A stretch of 64,000 nt of DNA, taken from positions 512,001 to 576,000 of the forward strand of contig OZ242326.1 in the NCBI GenBank assembly GCA_965208325.1. The letters run 5' to 3'. How positions within the stretch are numbered: the first letter of the stretch is position 1; the number at the start of each line of letters is the position of its first letter. The stretch comes from Candidatus Poribacteria bacterium (GTDB taxonomy: Bacteria; Poribacteria; WGA-4E; PCPOR2b). The position numbers and the translations under genes are program-made. The notes under the pieces are model-generated. The model searched no databases and had not been told where the DNA came from. It saw only the letters and a list, made by a program, of their open reading frames with translations. This document shows positions 1 through 9,391 of the stretch, one piece after another.

Positions 1-628
1 CGCTTTGCGGAGGCACAATGCGGAATTCACTGTGATATCGAAACAGGCGATAGTCATTTATTGCGACCGATGCGGTGCCATTTTCGATTCTGTTCGACGG
101 ATTGAGGTTGAGTGAGTATCCTAACGACGAACCTAATGGTAAGATTTCGGCGGAAGGAACTACAGCAAAGCGTTTATTTGAATCTACGAAAACTTTCAGC
201 ACATCTTCCGTGAGATTCGCGGAAATAGCGGCATGAGGTGGTTGCGTATTGATAAAAAACTCAAAATCAACACTTTCCACCGAATTGCTTTAATTTCAAT
301 TCGGTTTTCACCTTCTCGCAACAAAAACGGCGATTCAAACCTCCCTTTCTCATCAATGCTTTGTTGAAAGAATATTTCCCATCCACCAAGTCGGTTGTCG
401 CTCAACGCATCAACGATTTACTTCCATTGGAACAAATCGCCGGCTGTCTTGATAATCCGGAACCAAGCGATAGCCGCACACCGAAGCCCAGAATTTCGGG
501 GTTGCGTAAGATGGATGAACACAATTTAATCCGGTGAGCCAACAAAATGAAACGTGTATTAAGAACCGTCCTGTCCCACTAATTGCGACGAGTGGGTCCT
601 TCCGGTATTCTTGATTTCTGGCTTTCAC
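1..628 (-). pseudogene. Fragmented (frameshifted) gene for a probable secreted Ig-like-domain protein, running off the left edge
   Basis: Three consecutive minus-strand pieces: 628-410 (GTG 3 nt after the lexA stop, signal-like segment); ~405-285 (IDEKGRFESPFLLREGENRIEIKA, Ig-like pattern); and a stop-free frame 289-2 (SVESVDFEFFINTQPPHAAISAN...) that the ORF track lacks. Confidence 0.4.
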
Positions 629-631
629 TTT

Positions 632-1240
632 TCACATCTGGCGGAAAAGCCCAATTACCTTGCCCAAGACTTGAACCTCAGACACCACAATCGCATCCAT
701 ATCGGGATTCTCAGGTTTCAAGCTAATTTTGTCGCCCTCATAGAAAAATCGTTTTACCGTCGCTTCATCATCAAGCAGAGCCACAACAATGTCCCCTGGG
801 TCCGCAACACTTTGTGATTTCACAACGACCAAATCTCCTTCCAAGATTCCTGCATCAATCATACTTGAGCCATTCACCCGGAGGGCGAAGCATGAGTCAT
901 CCTTAATCATTTCTTTGGGGACCGGCAGGCTTCCTTCTAGGTTTTCAGATGCCAAAAGGGGGACTCCAGCAGCTACACGTCCAACAATAGGGACTTCAGC
1001 CGCTTGCCGAAGTCCCTTTTTGGACACACCTTCTAAGATTTCGATTGCCCGCGGTTTTCCGCTGGCGCGCTTAATGTACCCTTTCTTCTCGATAGCATTC
1101 AGGTAATCGTGAGCAGCCTTTTCAGAAATTCCGAATGCTCTCCCGGTCTCGCGAACAGTCGGTGGATACCCGAAATTCTGTAGGTGATACGAAATATATT
1201 CTAGGACTGTTTCCTGTTTTTTTGTCAACGGTTTACGCAT
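632..1240 (-). CDS. lexA: LexA SOS repressor
   Basis: N-terminal wHTH (GYPPTVRE), Ala-Gly cleavage site (GRVAAG), catalytic Ser (GSSM) and Lys (ATVKR); AGGAGG RBS upstream. Confidence 0.97.
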   Translation of the reverse strand: MRKPLTKKQETVLEYISYHLQNFGYPPTVRETGRAFGISEKAAHDYLNAIEKKGYIKRASGKPRAIEILEGVSKKGLRQAAEVPIVGRVAAGVPLLASENLEGSLPVPKEMIKDDSCFALRVNGSSMIDAGILEGDLVVVKSQSVADPGDIVVALLDDEATVKRFFYEGDKISLKPENPDMDAIVVSEVQVLGKVIGLFRQM

Positions 1241-1271
1241 GGTGCTTCCTCCTAAAGTTTAGAAAATAAGA

Positions 1272-1290
1272 AGTGTATGGAGCATACACT
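1272..1290. promoter_or_regulatory. Perfect palindrome AGTGTATG-N3-CATACACT upstream of lexA (candidate operator)
   Basis: 8-bp perfect inverted repeat ~30 bp upstream of the lexA ATG, downstream of the predicted promoter. Confidence 0.45.
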
Positions 1291-1324
1291 CAACATGTTT
1301 GAAACGATATCTAGGCACCCTTTA

Positions 1325-1353
1325 ATTCAACTATACACAGGTTAAGATGTCAA
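1325..1353 (-). promoter_or_regulatory. Candidate sigma70 promoter for lexA
   Basis: Minus strand TTGACA-N17-TTGAAT (perfect -35, 4/6 -10). Confidence 0.5.
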
Positions 1354-1388
1354 GGAAAAACCGCATAAATGGCAGTGCGTTATTTTTT

Positions 1389-1443
1389 AAACCCCTACAA
1401 TGCGGGTAAATTAGCCATTGGATACGTTTCGCAATAGGGGTTT
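1389..1443. repeat. Intergenic inverted repeat AAACCCCTA...TAGGGGTTT
   Basis: 9-bp perfect arms (1389-1397, 1435-1443); a similar TGAAACCC...GGGTTTCA pair lies at ~25703-25753. Confidence 0.4.
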
Positions 1444-1624
1444 CACTGACGCCACAGACATCTTCAGCTAAACATTAACCGGCCAAGAAATCTCAAAACT
1501 GAGTCTCTTCATAGGTTATGAAACAATCGCATTCTTATAAGACGACTGAATTTATCGGTGAGGAGACCGAATGTCAGCGTGCACAGTTTCGCCGTTAGTT
1601 TAATCCACCCAATTCAGTTTTCAC

Positions 1625-4363
1625 TTACGGGTGTCGGTGCTGCACAAAACTCACGGGAATGAGTATCAGAAGAGCGGGGATTATCACCCATTTCCATTCT
1701 GTAAAGAGCGGTTCTATCCCCAGGATTGGATGTGCGTAAGGGAGATAGACAATAAACACGTGTAAACCCATGCACGCCAGAATAGTAATTAAAAGGGGCA
1801 CATTCGCAATGACTCTTTTGAGAAGGGATTGCCAAGGATGTCGATGGCATTGAAAGGTTGCGGCCAATTGTGTGAAGATTAAAATGGAACATGCGACTGT
1901 TTGCGCTTGAATCTGACCCGAAGATTGCAGCGTCGCCACAAACCCGACAATTGTCATGAGTGCAATCCAAAGGCCGCGAACTAGGATATCAAAGCGATAG
2001 TCTTTTGAAAGGAAGGGTGAAACATTATGGCTTCGGTTGTGCTTCAGCTGACCTTGTATTCGATCTTGGCCGAGCGCAATTAGCGGAAATAAATTGACGA
2101 GTAAGTGGATCCAGATGATGTGATGCAGAGTAAGCGGCATTGGGAATTCGCGCCACAACTGCAGGCCGGATCCGAGCTGAAGGATGAGTCCAATGAAAAG
2201 CGTGGTCATCTGCGCTAGCGTACACGTCAACAACCAACGCATAGAATTCTTAAGATTACTGTGAGCTTCACGCGCGTGAAGCAGCAGATCGGCAATGAAA
2301 CGAAACCCATCCTTAAGTATTAAACAACCCGCGTTATGTTGGATTACGGGCGACGTACATGACGCAGATGCAATACTGACATCAGCCGCTTCCATTGCCC
2401 TTGTATCGGTAGGTGCTTGTCCGCAAAAACCGACCGAATGATTGTTGTGTTTGAGTTTTTCTACCAGCTTAAGTTTTTGTTCCGCAGATGGGCTGCAATA
2501 TACAAGTAGCCGATTGGCAATCGAATCGTAATGCTCTTCGCTAAATTCGTCTAGATTTGAGCGGGATACAACAGCATTTCCATCCTGGATAATTCCAAAT
2601 TCTCGCGCAACATCTGTCGAATTTTCCTTGTCTTTTTCGGTAATCAGCACTACTTTAACACCTGCACCTAAGCAGAACTCAACACTCTCTTTAGAACCTT
2701 CATATTCCTGCTGTGAAAAGGCGACTAATCCCAAAAAAGTTAAGTTTCGACCTATTTCGTCTTGCGGCGGAAGGGAATTGCGACTTCGATAGGCGACGCC
2801 AAATACTTGGGCTCTGTTATCCGACAAATATTGAGCAGCTAGTCGAATCATCTGTTTTTGGTCAAAACTTATGCGATCCATGGATTCGCCAATTTGCATT
2901 CGTTGAGCGCCCTGTATTATAGCGTCGGGGTGACCAAACATAATATTCAAAAACCTGTTTTCTTGCGTTTCCAAAACAACTGCGTCAAAGGGCGGGCCTG
3001 CTGTTTCCGTTATTTCAGCGACTTTCGTTAAAGCTGCATCATAATGCTCTAAATCCAATCCGATTTGGTCCGCCAGCTTAATCAGTGCTTCAGCGACAAC
3101 ATCTTCCGACGGGTTTTGATTGATTAAGTCGCGGCGTTTGCCATGAGTCTTGCAAAGTGTCGCTAACAATATCAACAGTTGAAAACCAGGCGAGATTGCG
3201 CCATTCGGTGGCAGAGACGCATCTAATGTCTCGTCCGTCTCTTGTGGCACAGTCTCAGCATTCTTTAACCTATCTTCCCACGATTCTCTGTCGATGAGTT
3301 CTTCATCAATAAAAACACGAGACGTGGACATTTGCTCTTTTGTGAAATTACCAATCTCATTGACGCATACGGCTGTTATGCTGCTTAGCCGCTCAAGATT
3401 TACCACATCGCGAATACCAATGCCCTTTTTGAACAGTTTGTGAGCATTTCCTGCCAGAGTTGCCCGACACGTTGAAACTACCCCGTCGGGAATGGAAGCG
3501 AGTACAAACCCTAATCCAAGAAAAAGCAATGATTGCCAATTTTCCTCAAAACTTTTGCGTTGAAAGTACCAAGTCGCCAAGACCGCAACCCCTCCTAATA
3601 TCAGGCCGGTAATCTTAAATCGATTATAAACCGAGTCCATCTGAATCTCTGCTTCCGACTCCAAATTAAGCTCGGTAGGGGCACTGCGGTACGGTTGGTT
3701 GATTTCTAATTCTTCGCCTGTTCCGACGACTATGGCGCGTCCCTCGCCTTGTAACACATACGAGCCCGCAAAAACCATGTTAGCCTGTTTTTCAGGCGGT
3801 ACGGTCCTATCGGGCATGTCATCTGTTGTTTTTTGCGTTGACATCGACATGCCGAATAGCGGAGTTTCATCAACAACCAGATCGTCCGCGTCAACTATTC
3901 GCGCGTCCGCGGAGATGAAACTCCCTTCAGCCAAGACAAGCAAATCTCCCGGCACAACCGATTCGGGTGTGACATTTTCAAGTCGTGCATCTCGAATGAC
4001 CGAGACCGTAATTTTTAGACTGCGCTTAATTGATCGGCGATGCGAGCGGGATTTGCTATCTTGGAAAAACTGCCACAGCAAGTGCAAGAAGAGAACACCA
4101 AAAACTGCGATCGCCTTAAGAAGAGAGTGGTTGGGATAGGTATGGATGATTCCAACGATGACTAAAATAACAACTGTAACGCTAGTCAGTTGCCTTGCGA
4201 AGAAGGAAAGGATAGGCCTTTCATGGGATGGTAGAATTTCGTTGTCGCCGTATTCACCTCGCCGTGCACTTGCTTCATCAGCGCTCAACCCACGCTCAAG
4301 ATCGGTATTAAACTCGTGTAGAATATATGGAATTTTCTGGGTGTACCAATTTGATGTGTTCAT
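1625..4363 (-). CDS. P2-type cation-transporting ATPase homologue with degenerate catalytic motifs (probable pseudo-ATPase)
   Basis: Complete architecture (GLS..EA..RR..YG.N, VPGDL, NMVFAGS, ADVSIA, C-terminal TM bundle), but DKTGT reads NEIGN, TGES reads FGMS, TGD reads TEK and GDGxND reads GQAPTD. Confidence 0.9.
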   Translation of the reverse strand: MNTSNWYTQKIPYILHEFNTDLERGLSADEASARRGEYGDNEILPSHERPILSFFARQLTSVTVVILVIVGIIHTYPNHSLLKAIAVFGVLFLHLLWQFFQDSKSRSHRRSIKRSLKITVSVIRDARLENVTPESVVPGDLLVLAEGSFISADARIVDADDLVVDETPLFGMSMSTQKTTDDMPDRTVPPEKQANMVFAGSYVLQGEGRAIVVGTGEELEINQPYRSAPTELNLESEAEIQMDSVYNRFKITGLILGGVAVLATWYFQRKSFEENWQSLLFLGLGFVLASIPDGVVSTCRATLAGNAHKLFKKGIGIRDVVNLERLSSITAVCVNEIGNFTKEQMSTSRVFIDEELIDRESWEDRLKNAETVPQETDETLDASLPPNGAISPGFQLLILLATLCKTHGKRRDLINQNPSEDVVAEALIKLADQIGLDLEHYDAALTKVAEITETAGPPFDAVVLETQENRFLNIMFGHPDAIIQGAQRMQIGESMDRISFDQKQMIRLAAQYLSDNRAQVFGVAYRSRNSLPPQDEIGRNLTFLGLVAFSQQEYEGSKESVEFCLGAGVKVVLITEKDKENSTDVAREFGIIQDGNAVVSRSNLDEFSEEHYDSIANRLLVYCSPSAEQKLKLVEKLKHNNHSVGFCGQAPTDTRAMEAADVSIASASCTSPVIQHNAGCLILKDGFRFIADLLLHAREAHSNLKNSMRWLLTCTLAQMTTLFIGLILQLGSGLQLWREFPMPLTLHHIIWIHLLVNLFPLIALGQDRIQGQLKHNRSHNVSPFLSKDYRFDILVRGLWIALMTIVGFVATLQSSGQIQAQTVACSILIFTQLAATFQCHRHPWQSLLKRVIANVPLLITILACMGLHVFIVYLPYAHPILGIEPLFTEWKWVIIPALLILIPVSFVQHRHP

Positions 4364-4507
4364 TTTTTTTGAAGAGGTTCGCGCAGAGCGGCATAAAGAA
4401 AAGTACGCGAATCCGCTGTTCGATGTCGGTAAGTCCTATTTCGACGTGATACGTGGAATAAATGCAAGTAAACGAATTACATCGTTAAGACACATTGGCT
4501 TTTAGCT

Positions 4508-5452
4508 TCATCTCATTCCACTATTCACGCACGAATTTGTTTGTTCTCCTATATCCACGGTTGCGCCGGTAGAATCAATTGATAGAATCTTAACGTTGCA
4601 GGACACACCGTGCATTGCAAAAGCTTGATTCATTTGATTAGCGATATTTTGCTCTTCCTTAATGCAATATGCGGCAACACTTGGCCCCGCGCCGCTGAGC
4701 GCAATCCCTAATGCACCTGCTCTCATAGCGGCTTCAGCAACGTCGTCAAATCCTGGTATGAGCGATTTCCGATAAGGTTGATGCAACCGGTCACGCATCG
4801 CGAACGGCAACAATTCTAGGTTGCCAGTTGCGAATGCAGCGACGAGTAACGAGCTGCTACTTACGTTGTGGACGGCGTCGCAAAATTTTACAGTGTCTGG
4901 CAAGACGCCGCGTGCCCGTTCTGTCGGCATCTGGAAATCTGGTATGGCTATGGCAACGGAAAGATTGGGATGACAATCCAATTTGATGGTGTGTACTCGC
5001 CCGTCAAGTGTGAGTGATACTACCAACCCTCCTAGAAGAGAAGCGGCAACATTATCTGGATGCCCTTCAAGTGCTGTTGCGAAATTGAGTAGTTGGTCTC
5101 GCGAAAATGGATCGCCGCAAAGCGCGTTAGCTGTCAATAAACCGCCGAGAATAGCCGTGCCGCTCCCACCTAACCCTCGAATCGCTGGGATGCCATTCTC
5201 TATACGCAATCTGAGTCCTCTGGGTTGGTAGCAGGTTTTTTCGAAAACCACATTTGCGGCGCGATAGGCTACATTATCAACATCTTTGGAAATAATTTGC
5301 GAATCAATCCCGCTAACGAGAATTTCAATGCCAGAATTAATCTCCTCGAGTTCAACCGTACTATAAAGTCGGAGGGCCAACCCGAGCACATCAAAACCAG
5401 GCCCCAAATTGGTTGTGCTTGCAGGGATCCGGGCGATTGATTTGCGCGGCAT
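4508..5452 (-). CDS. thrB: Homoserine kinase
   Basis: PASTTNLGPGFD, GHMP P-loop PAIRGLGGSG, EGHPDN, LHQPYR, SGAGP. Confidence 0.95.
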   Translation of the reverse strand: MPRKSIARIPASTTNLGPGFDVLGLALRLYSTVELEEINSGIEILVSGIDSQIISKDVDNVAYRAANVVFEKTCYQPRGLRLRIENGIPAIRGLGGSGTAILGGLLTANALCGDPFSRDQLLNFATALEGHPDNVAASLLGGLVVSLTLDGRVHTIKLDCHPNLSVAIAIPDFQMPTERARGVLPDTVKFCDAVHNVSSSSLLVAAFATGNLELLPFAMRDRLHQPYRKSLIPGFDDVAEAAMRAGALGIALSGAGPSVAAYCIKEEQNIANQMNQAFAMHGVSCNVKILSIDSTGATVDIGEQTNSCVNSGMR

Positions 5453-5460
5453 AAATTTTC

Positions 5461-6630
5461 CTAGTTATTGATGCGTGAAATTGCCGCGTCCATGCGGACT
5501 AATGCTTCACTGATATTTTCTAAGGAATTTGCATACGAAAGTCTGATGTATCCGTCGCCGAATTTGCCAAACCCGGTACCAGACAATACGCCAACGCCCG
5601 CTTCTTCAAGCAGATAATCCTCTAACGCTTCGCACGACATTGGAACTTGCGAGACATTCGCAAAGACGTAAAAGGCGCCAAGCGGTGTGATACAACTGAT
5701 ACCATCAATGGAATTTAAACCTTCGACAATCAGATTACGCCGCTGCCGGAACTCGGTTACCATTTGAATAACGAAATCTTGCGGCCCTTTTAAGGCTTCA
5801 ATACCAGCTATCTGTGTGAACGAACAGGTACAAGAATTGGAGTTAATCATCAATTGCGTAATTTTATCCGCCATCGGTTTGGGTGAAATTCCGTATCCCA
5901 ACCGCCATCCTGTCATCGCATAGGTTTTAGAATGACCTTCAATAAGAATTGTCCGCTCCTTCATCTCAGGAAGGCTGATTATACTTTCATGGACACCTTC
6001 ATAAAGAATGCGCGAATAAACCTCATCTGTTAATACATAAAAATCGTACTTAATCGCTAATTCCGCGATGGCTTCGAGATCAGATTTTTCCAAAATACCG
6101 CCCGTTGGATTTTGGGGCGAATTGATGATGAGAAGCCGTGTCCGATCCGAGATTGCTGAGGCAAGATCTTCAATTCGGAAGCGGAAGCCAACGTCTTCAC
6201 GCAGCGGCAGTGGAACCGGCGTGCCTCCGACAAAGTTTATGACCGATTCGTAAATTGGAAAGCCGGGGTTGGGATAGATGACTTCACTTCCTGGTTCGGC
6301 GAGTGCGAAAATAGTAAAAAAGATAATGGGTTTGGCGCCGGGAGTAACTGCGACTTCTTCAGGATGGACTATGACCCCTCTGGTTTCTGAGATATGTTCC
6401 GCGGCGACTTCGCGAAACTCAATTAATCCCGCGGAGGGACCGTATCCGGTATATCCATCCTTCATCGCCTTATACCCCGCTTCGCAGATGTTCATCGGGG
6501 TATTGAAATCCGGTTGCCCAATTTCGAGATGTATGATATTCCGGCCTTTTGCCTCTAAGCCTTTTGCTTTTGCCAGCACTTCGAAGGCGGATTCAGTTCC
6601 TAGCCGACTCATTCGCTGCGCAAATCTCAT
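5461..6630 (-). CDS. PLP-dependent class I/II aminotransferase (aspartate aminotransferase-like)
   Basis: GQPDF, NSPQNPTG, DEVY, PLP-lysine motif SKTYAMTGWRLG, IRLSYA. Confidence 0.93.
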   Translation of the reverse strand: MRFAQRMSRLGTESAFEVLAKAKGLEAKGRNIIHLEIGQPDFNTPMNICEAGYKAMKDGYTGYGPSAGLIEFREVAAEHISETRGVIVHPEEVAVTPGAKPIIFFTIFALAEPGSEVIYPNPGFPIYESVINFVGGTPVPLPLREDVGFRFRIEDLASAISDRTRLLIINSPQNPTGGILEKSDLEAIAELAIKYDFYVLTDEVYSRILYEGVHESIISLPEMKERTILIEGHSKTYAMTGWRLGYGISPKPMADKITQLMINSNSCTCSFTQIAGIEALKGPQDFVIQMVTEFRQRRNLIVEGLNSIDGISCITPLGAFYVFANVSQVPMSCEALEDYLLEEAGVGVLSGTGFGKFGDGYIRLSYANSLENISEALVRMDAAISRINN

Positions 6631-6673
6631 TCAGATTACCTTTCACCTAATCGATCCAATAAAACTACGGCGA

Positions 6674-7711
6674 TTATTCAGAATATTTCATTACGAAACC
6701 GTTGTTACCGGTAATCCAAATGTGGTTCGCGTCCAGAATAAACAGGTCGTTGACTGGAATTTTACTAATCATCGTCCCTTCAATGCTCTGGTTTTCCCAC
6801 GTTTTGCCGCCATCGATTGTATGAATTACGATGTTGATTCCCATATCGCCCCCAACTGCCCAACCCATCCTTTTGTCGACAAACTGCACGCTAGAGAGCG
6901 TTTCCTGCGTATTACTCGATTGTATTTTCCATCTATCGCCGCCATTTGTAGTGTGCAGCACAACGCCGCCTTCACCTACCGCCCAGCCGGTTGAGGCATC
7001 TATAAAAAATATATCTTTAAGGGTATCTTCGACATTTGTAAGTTGATCTGCCCAGGTTTTTCCACCATCCGTGGTTTTTTTAACGATCCCGTTTTGAACG
7101 CCGGCTTGCGGATTCACAAAAACACCCGCTATCCACCCGGTAGATTCGTCAATAAATTGTACGCAGTTGAACAATCCCTCTGGCTCCTCTCCAATTCGTG
7201 TGGGAAGTACGCCCCCTTGTAGGATATTCCATATTTTGCCTCCGTTAGTTGTTTGTAAGATGGTTTCTCCCATGCCCACCGCGTAACCGAATTCTTCGCT
7301 TACAAAGTGAATATCATACAACCAGTTGTCGACTTTACTAGTTTGGATATCCCATTGTTTGCCGCCGTTTGATGTCCCGACAATCATCCCATTCGCCCCT
7401 ACAGCCCAACCGTGCTTCTTGTCATAGAAAAAAACATTCGAGAGAATCTGATTGACGGCAATCTCCGCTTTTTCCCATGTCTTCCCGCCGTTCGTCGTAC
7501 GACCGATATAACCCGGATTCTCCATTTCCAAAGCTGAAACCCCGGCGACCCATCCTTCCCTCGCACTCACAAATATAATCGCATTATAATCTCGAATATC
7601 CTCATTATCCTGTTCCTGTAGAGCAAACCATTGTCCGTCGCCGTAAAGCGTGGTTGTCATGACCATTGATGCAAGCAAAAACGTTGTCAGAAACGCTGTC
7701 TTGATGTACAT
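6674..7711 (-). CDS. Secreted YCF48/BNR(Asp-box)-repeat beta-propeller protein
   Basis: Signal peptide; repeated GWAVG...TT(N/D)GG(K)TW motifs; GGAG RBS. Confidence 0.88.
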   Translation of the reverse strand: MYIKTAFLTTFLLASMVMTTTLYGDGQWFALQEQDNEDIRDYNAIIFVSAREGWVAGVSALEMENPGYIGRTTNGGKTWEKAEIAVNQILSNVFFYDKKHGWAVGANGMIVGTSNGGKQWDIQTSKVDNWLYDIHFVSEEFGYAVGMGETILQTTNGGKIWNILQGGVLPTRIGEEPEGLFNCVQFIDESTGWIAGVFVNPQAGVQNGIVKKTTDGGKTWADQLTNVEDTLKDIFFIDASTGWAVGEGGVVLHTTNGGDRWKIQSSNTQETLSSVQFVDKRMGWAVGGDMGINIVIHTIDGGKTWENQSIEGTMISKIPVNDLFILDANHIWITGNNGFVMKYSE

Positions 7712-7742
7712 TTTTTAGTTGACTCCTTTCAAAATTTAGCGT

Positions 7743-7771
7743 AGTATAGCACCCATCGCGGTTGCTGTCAA
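7743..7771 (-). promoter_or_regulatory. sigma70 promoter for the YCF48-aminotransferase-thrB(-ATPase) run
   Basis: TTGACA-N17-TATACT with extended -10 TG. Confidence 0.75.
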
Positions 7772-8036
7772 GCACAAACAAACCTTGATCTATGCGAAGC
7801 ATATTTCCCAAGGGAGCGTTGCGTCATTTTAGGCAAATTCCAATTATTGTCAAGAAAATTATTCAAAGTTCCGTTTTTGTTTGCACCGGTGTATACAGCC
7901 CATGATTTCAGCTTCGGTTTGATGGCAGTCCAAGGCTATTCGCTGTATAGGTTATTGAGGTTTAATATCGGGAAACCAGCGGTGTGCACGCATTGTAATA
8001 GTGGGATTCGATGACATTCGTAAGGAGGTAGGATAC

Positions 8037-8921
8037 ATGTTGAATCAAGTAGAGATTGACTTCTACCACGCGAACGGCTACATTGCAGTTGAAAATGTCC
8101 TTTCGGTAGAAGAAGTTTCTGACCTCCAACGTGTTACAGATGAATTTGTTGAAAAGTCGCGCGAACTTGCTGAACATAACGATGTGTTTGATTTGGAACC
8201 GGGGCATAGTTTCGATGCGCCGCGTGTTCGCCGAATCAAGAATGCAGCAATCCATCATTTGGTGTATGACCGGGCGTTGCGCAACGATAGGATTCTCGAC
8301 ATTGTCGAACAACTCATTGGTCCTGGTGTAAGTCACAACGGTCACAAACTCAACATGAAATACCCAAGGTTTGGGAGTCCTGTAGAGTGGCATCAGGATT
8401 GGGCGTTCTATCCACACACGAATGACCGCCTGCTTGCGGTCGGTGTTGCAATTGACGATATGTTGATTGAAAACGGCTGCCTGATGGTTCTCCCGAAGTC
8501 ACATAAGGGCCGAATTTACAACCATCATCAAAATGGTGCTTTCGTTGGCGCGGTCACAGATTCTAATTTCGAGCCGAATAACGCCGTTCCCATTGAGGTT
8601 AAATCCGGCGGCATATCAATTCACCATGTCCGTACACTACACGGCTCGGCGCAAAACGTCTCAAATAAACCTCGCCGCCTATTGCTCTTGCAGTATTGTG
8701 CGGTTGACGCTTGGCCGCTTATTAAACCGCCAGATTGGAACGATTTTGCAGCGCTTGTTTTGCGAGGCAAAACCACAAATCAGCCGCATTTGACTGCTGT
8801 ACCCGTTCGGATGCCGTTCCCGCAGGGCGCACGAACCGGTACAATCTACGAAGTTCAGAGCCTGCTAGAACAGCCAATATTCCGTATGAATAAGGCTAGC
8901 GAGCGAGAAGCGGCTGGTTGA
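8037..8921 (+). CDS. Phytanoyl-CoA dioxygenase (PhyH) family Fe(II)/2OG oxygenase
   Basis: WHQD (HxD), distal His in TLHGS, ENGCL; start moved to ATG 8037 behind TAAGGAGG. Confidence 0.9.
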   Translation: MLNQVEIDFYHANGYIAVENVLSVEEVSDLQRVTDEFVEKSRELAEHNDVFDLEPGHSFDAPRVRRIKNAAIHHLVYDRALRNDRILDIVEQLIGPGVSHNGHKLNMKYPRFGSPVEWHQDWAFYPHTNDRLLAVGVAIDDMLIENGCLMVLPKSHKGRIYNHHQNGAFVGAVTDSNFEPNNAVPIEVKSGGISIHHVRTLHGSAQNVSNKPRRLLLLQYCAVDAWPLIKPPDWNDFAALVLRGKTTNQPHLTAVPVRMPFPQGARTGTIYEVQSLLEQPIFRMNKASEREAAG

Positions 8922-9109
8922 CCAGTACACAGCACAATTAGCATCTGCAACGCATTATGCTTTAGGATTGCGCCGCTCCATAACGGCAGCGAGCGTAATT
9001 TATCGCCGGTAAATGTCCTGGCTCTTGATTGCGTGGAAGGGTCGAGATCTCAGAAATCCGACGAGTGTCGTTGGAGTGTGGAATAATACTATACTTTCTC
9101 AAATGGATT

Positions 9110-9182
9110 TTGTCATAATGGCATACACTGAGTGAGAAGCGTTGGCCGATTGTCAACTTGGCAGCCCAATGTCGTGGCGGCA
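9110..9182 (+). promoter_or_regulatory. Candidate enhancer (bEBP UAS) boxes TTGTCA-N3-TGGCA
   Basis: Two copies at 9110-9123 and 9150-9163 (40 bp apart) and a degenerate third, TGTCG-N3-CGGCA, at 9170-9182. Confidence 0.5.
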
Positions 9183-9295
9183 ACGGCGGAGGTATATTTC
9201 CGACATGTTGAATCCAAAGGAACACGAGGCGTCGGAGCGTGTGCCTGCTCCCATTCGAATAGAATTTCCTCCATTTATTTGATGGATTTTAAGTT

Positions 9296-9312
9296 TTGGC
9301 ATGCAACTTGCA
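9296..9312 (+). promoter_or_regulatory. sigma54 (-24/-12) promoter upstream of hsp20
   Basis: TTGGCATGCAACTTGCA, exact GG-N10-GC spacing, ~80 bp before the ATG. Confidence 0.7.
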
Positions 9313-9391
9313 CAACCTCGGATTGTCTGATGGAAAGGGCATCAGAAATCAAAAAAAGCAACGCTAAATTACAAATTTGGAGGAAAATAAA

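Noticed and set aside
2..115. Plus-strand open frame ending ...IYCDRCGAIFDSVRRIEVE* (CxxC)
   Set aside because: Exact antisense register of the longer, more protein-like minus-strand frame 289-2; probably a shadow.
8922..9391. CIRCE/HrcA operator upstream of hsp20
   Set aside because: No TTAGCACTC-N9-GAGTGCTAA-like sequence found.
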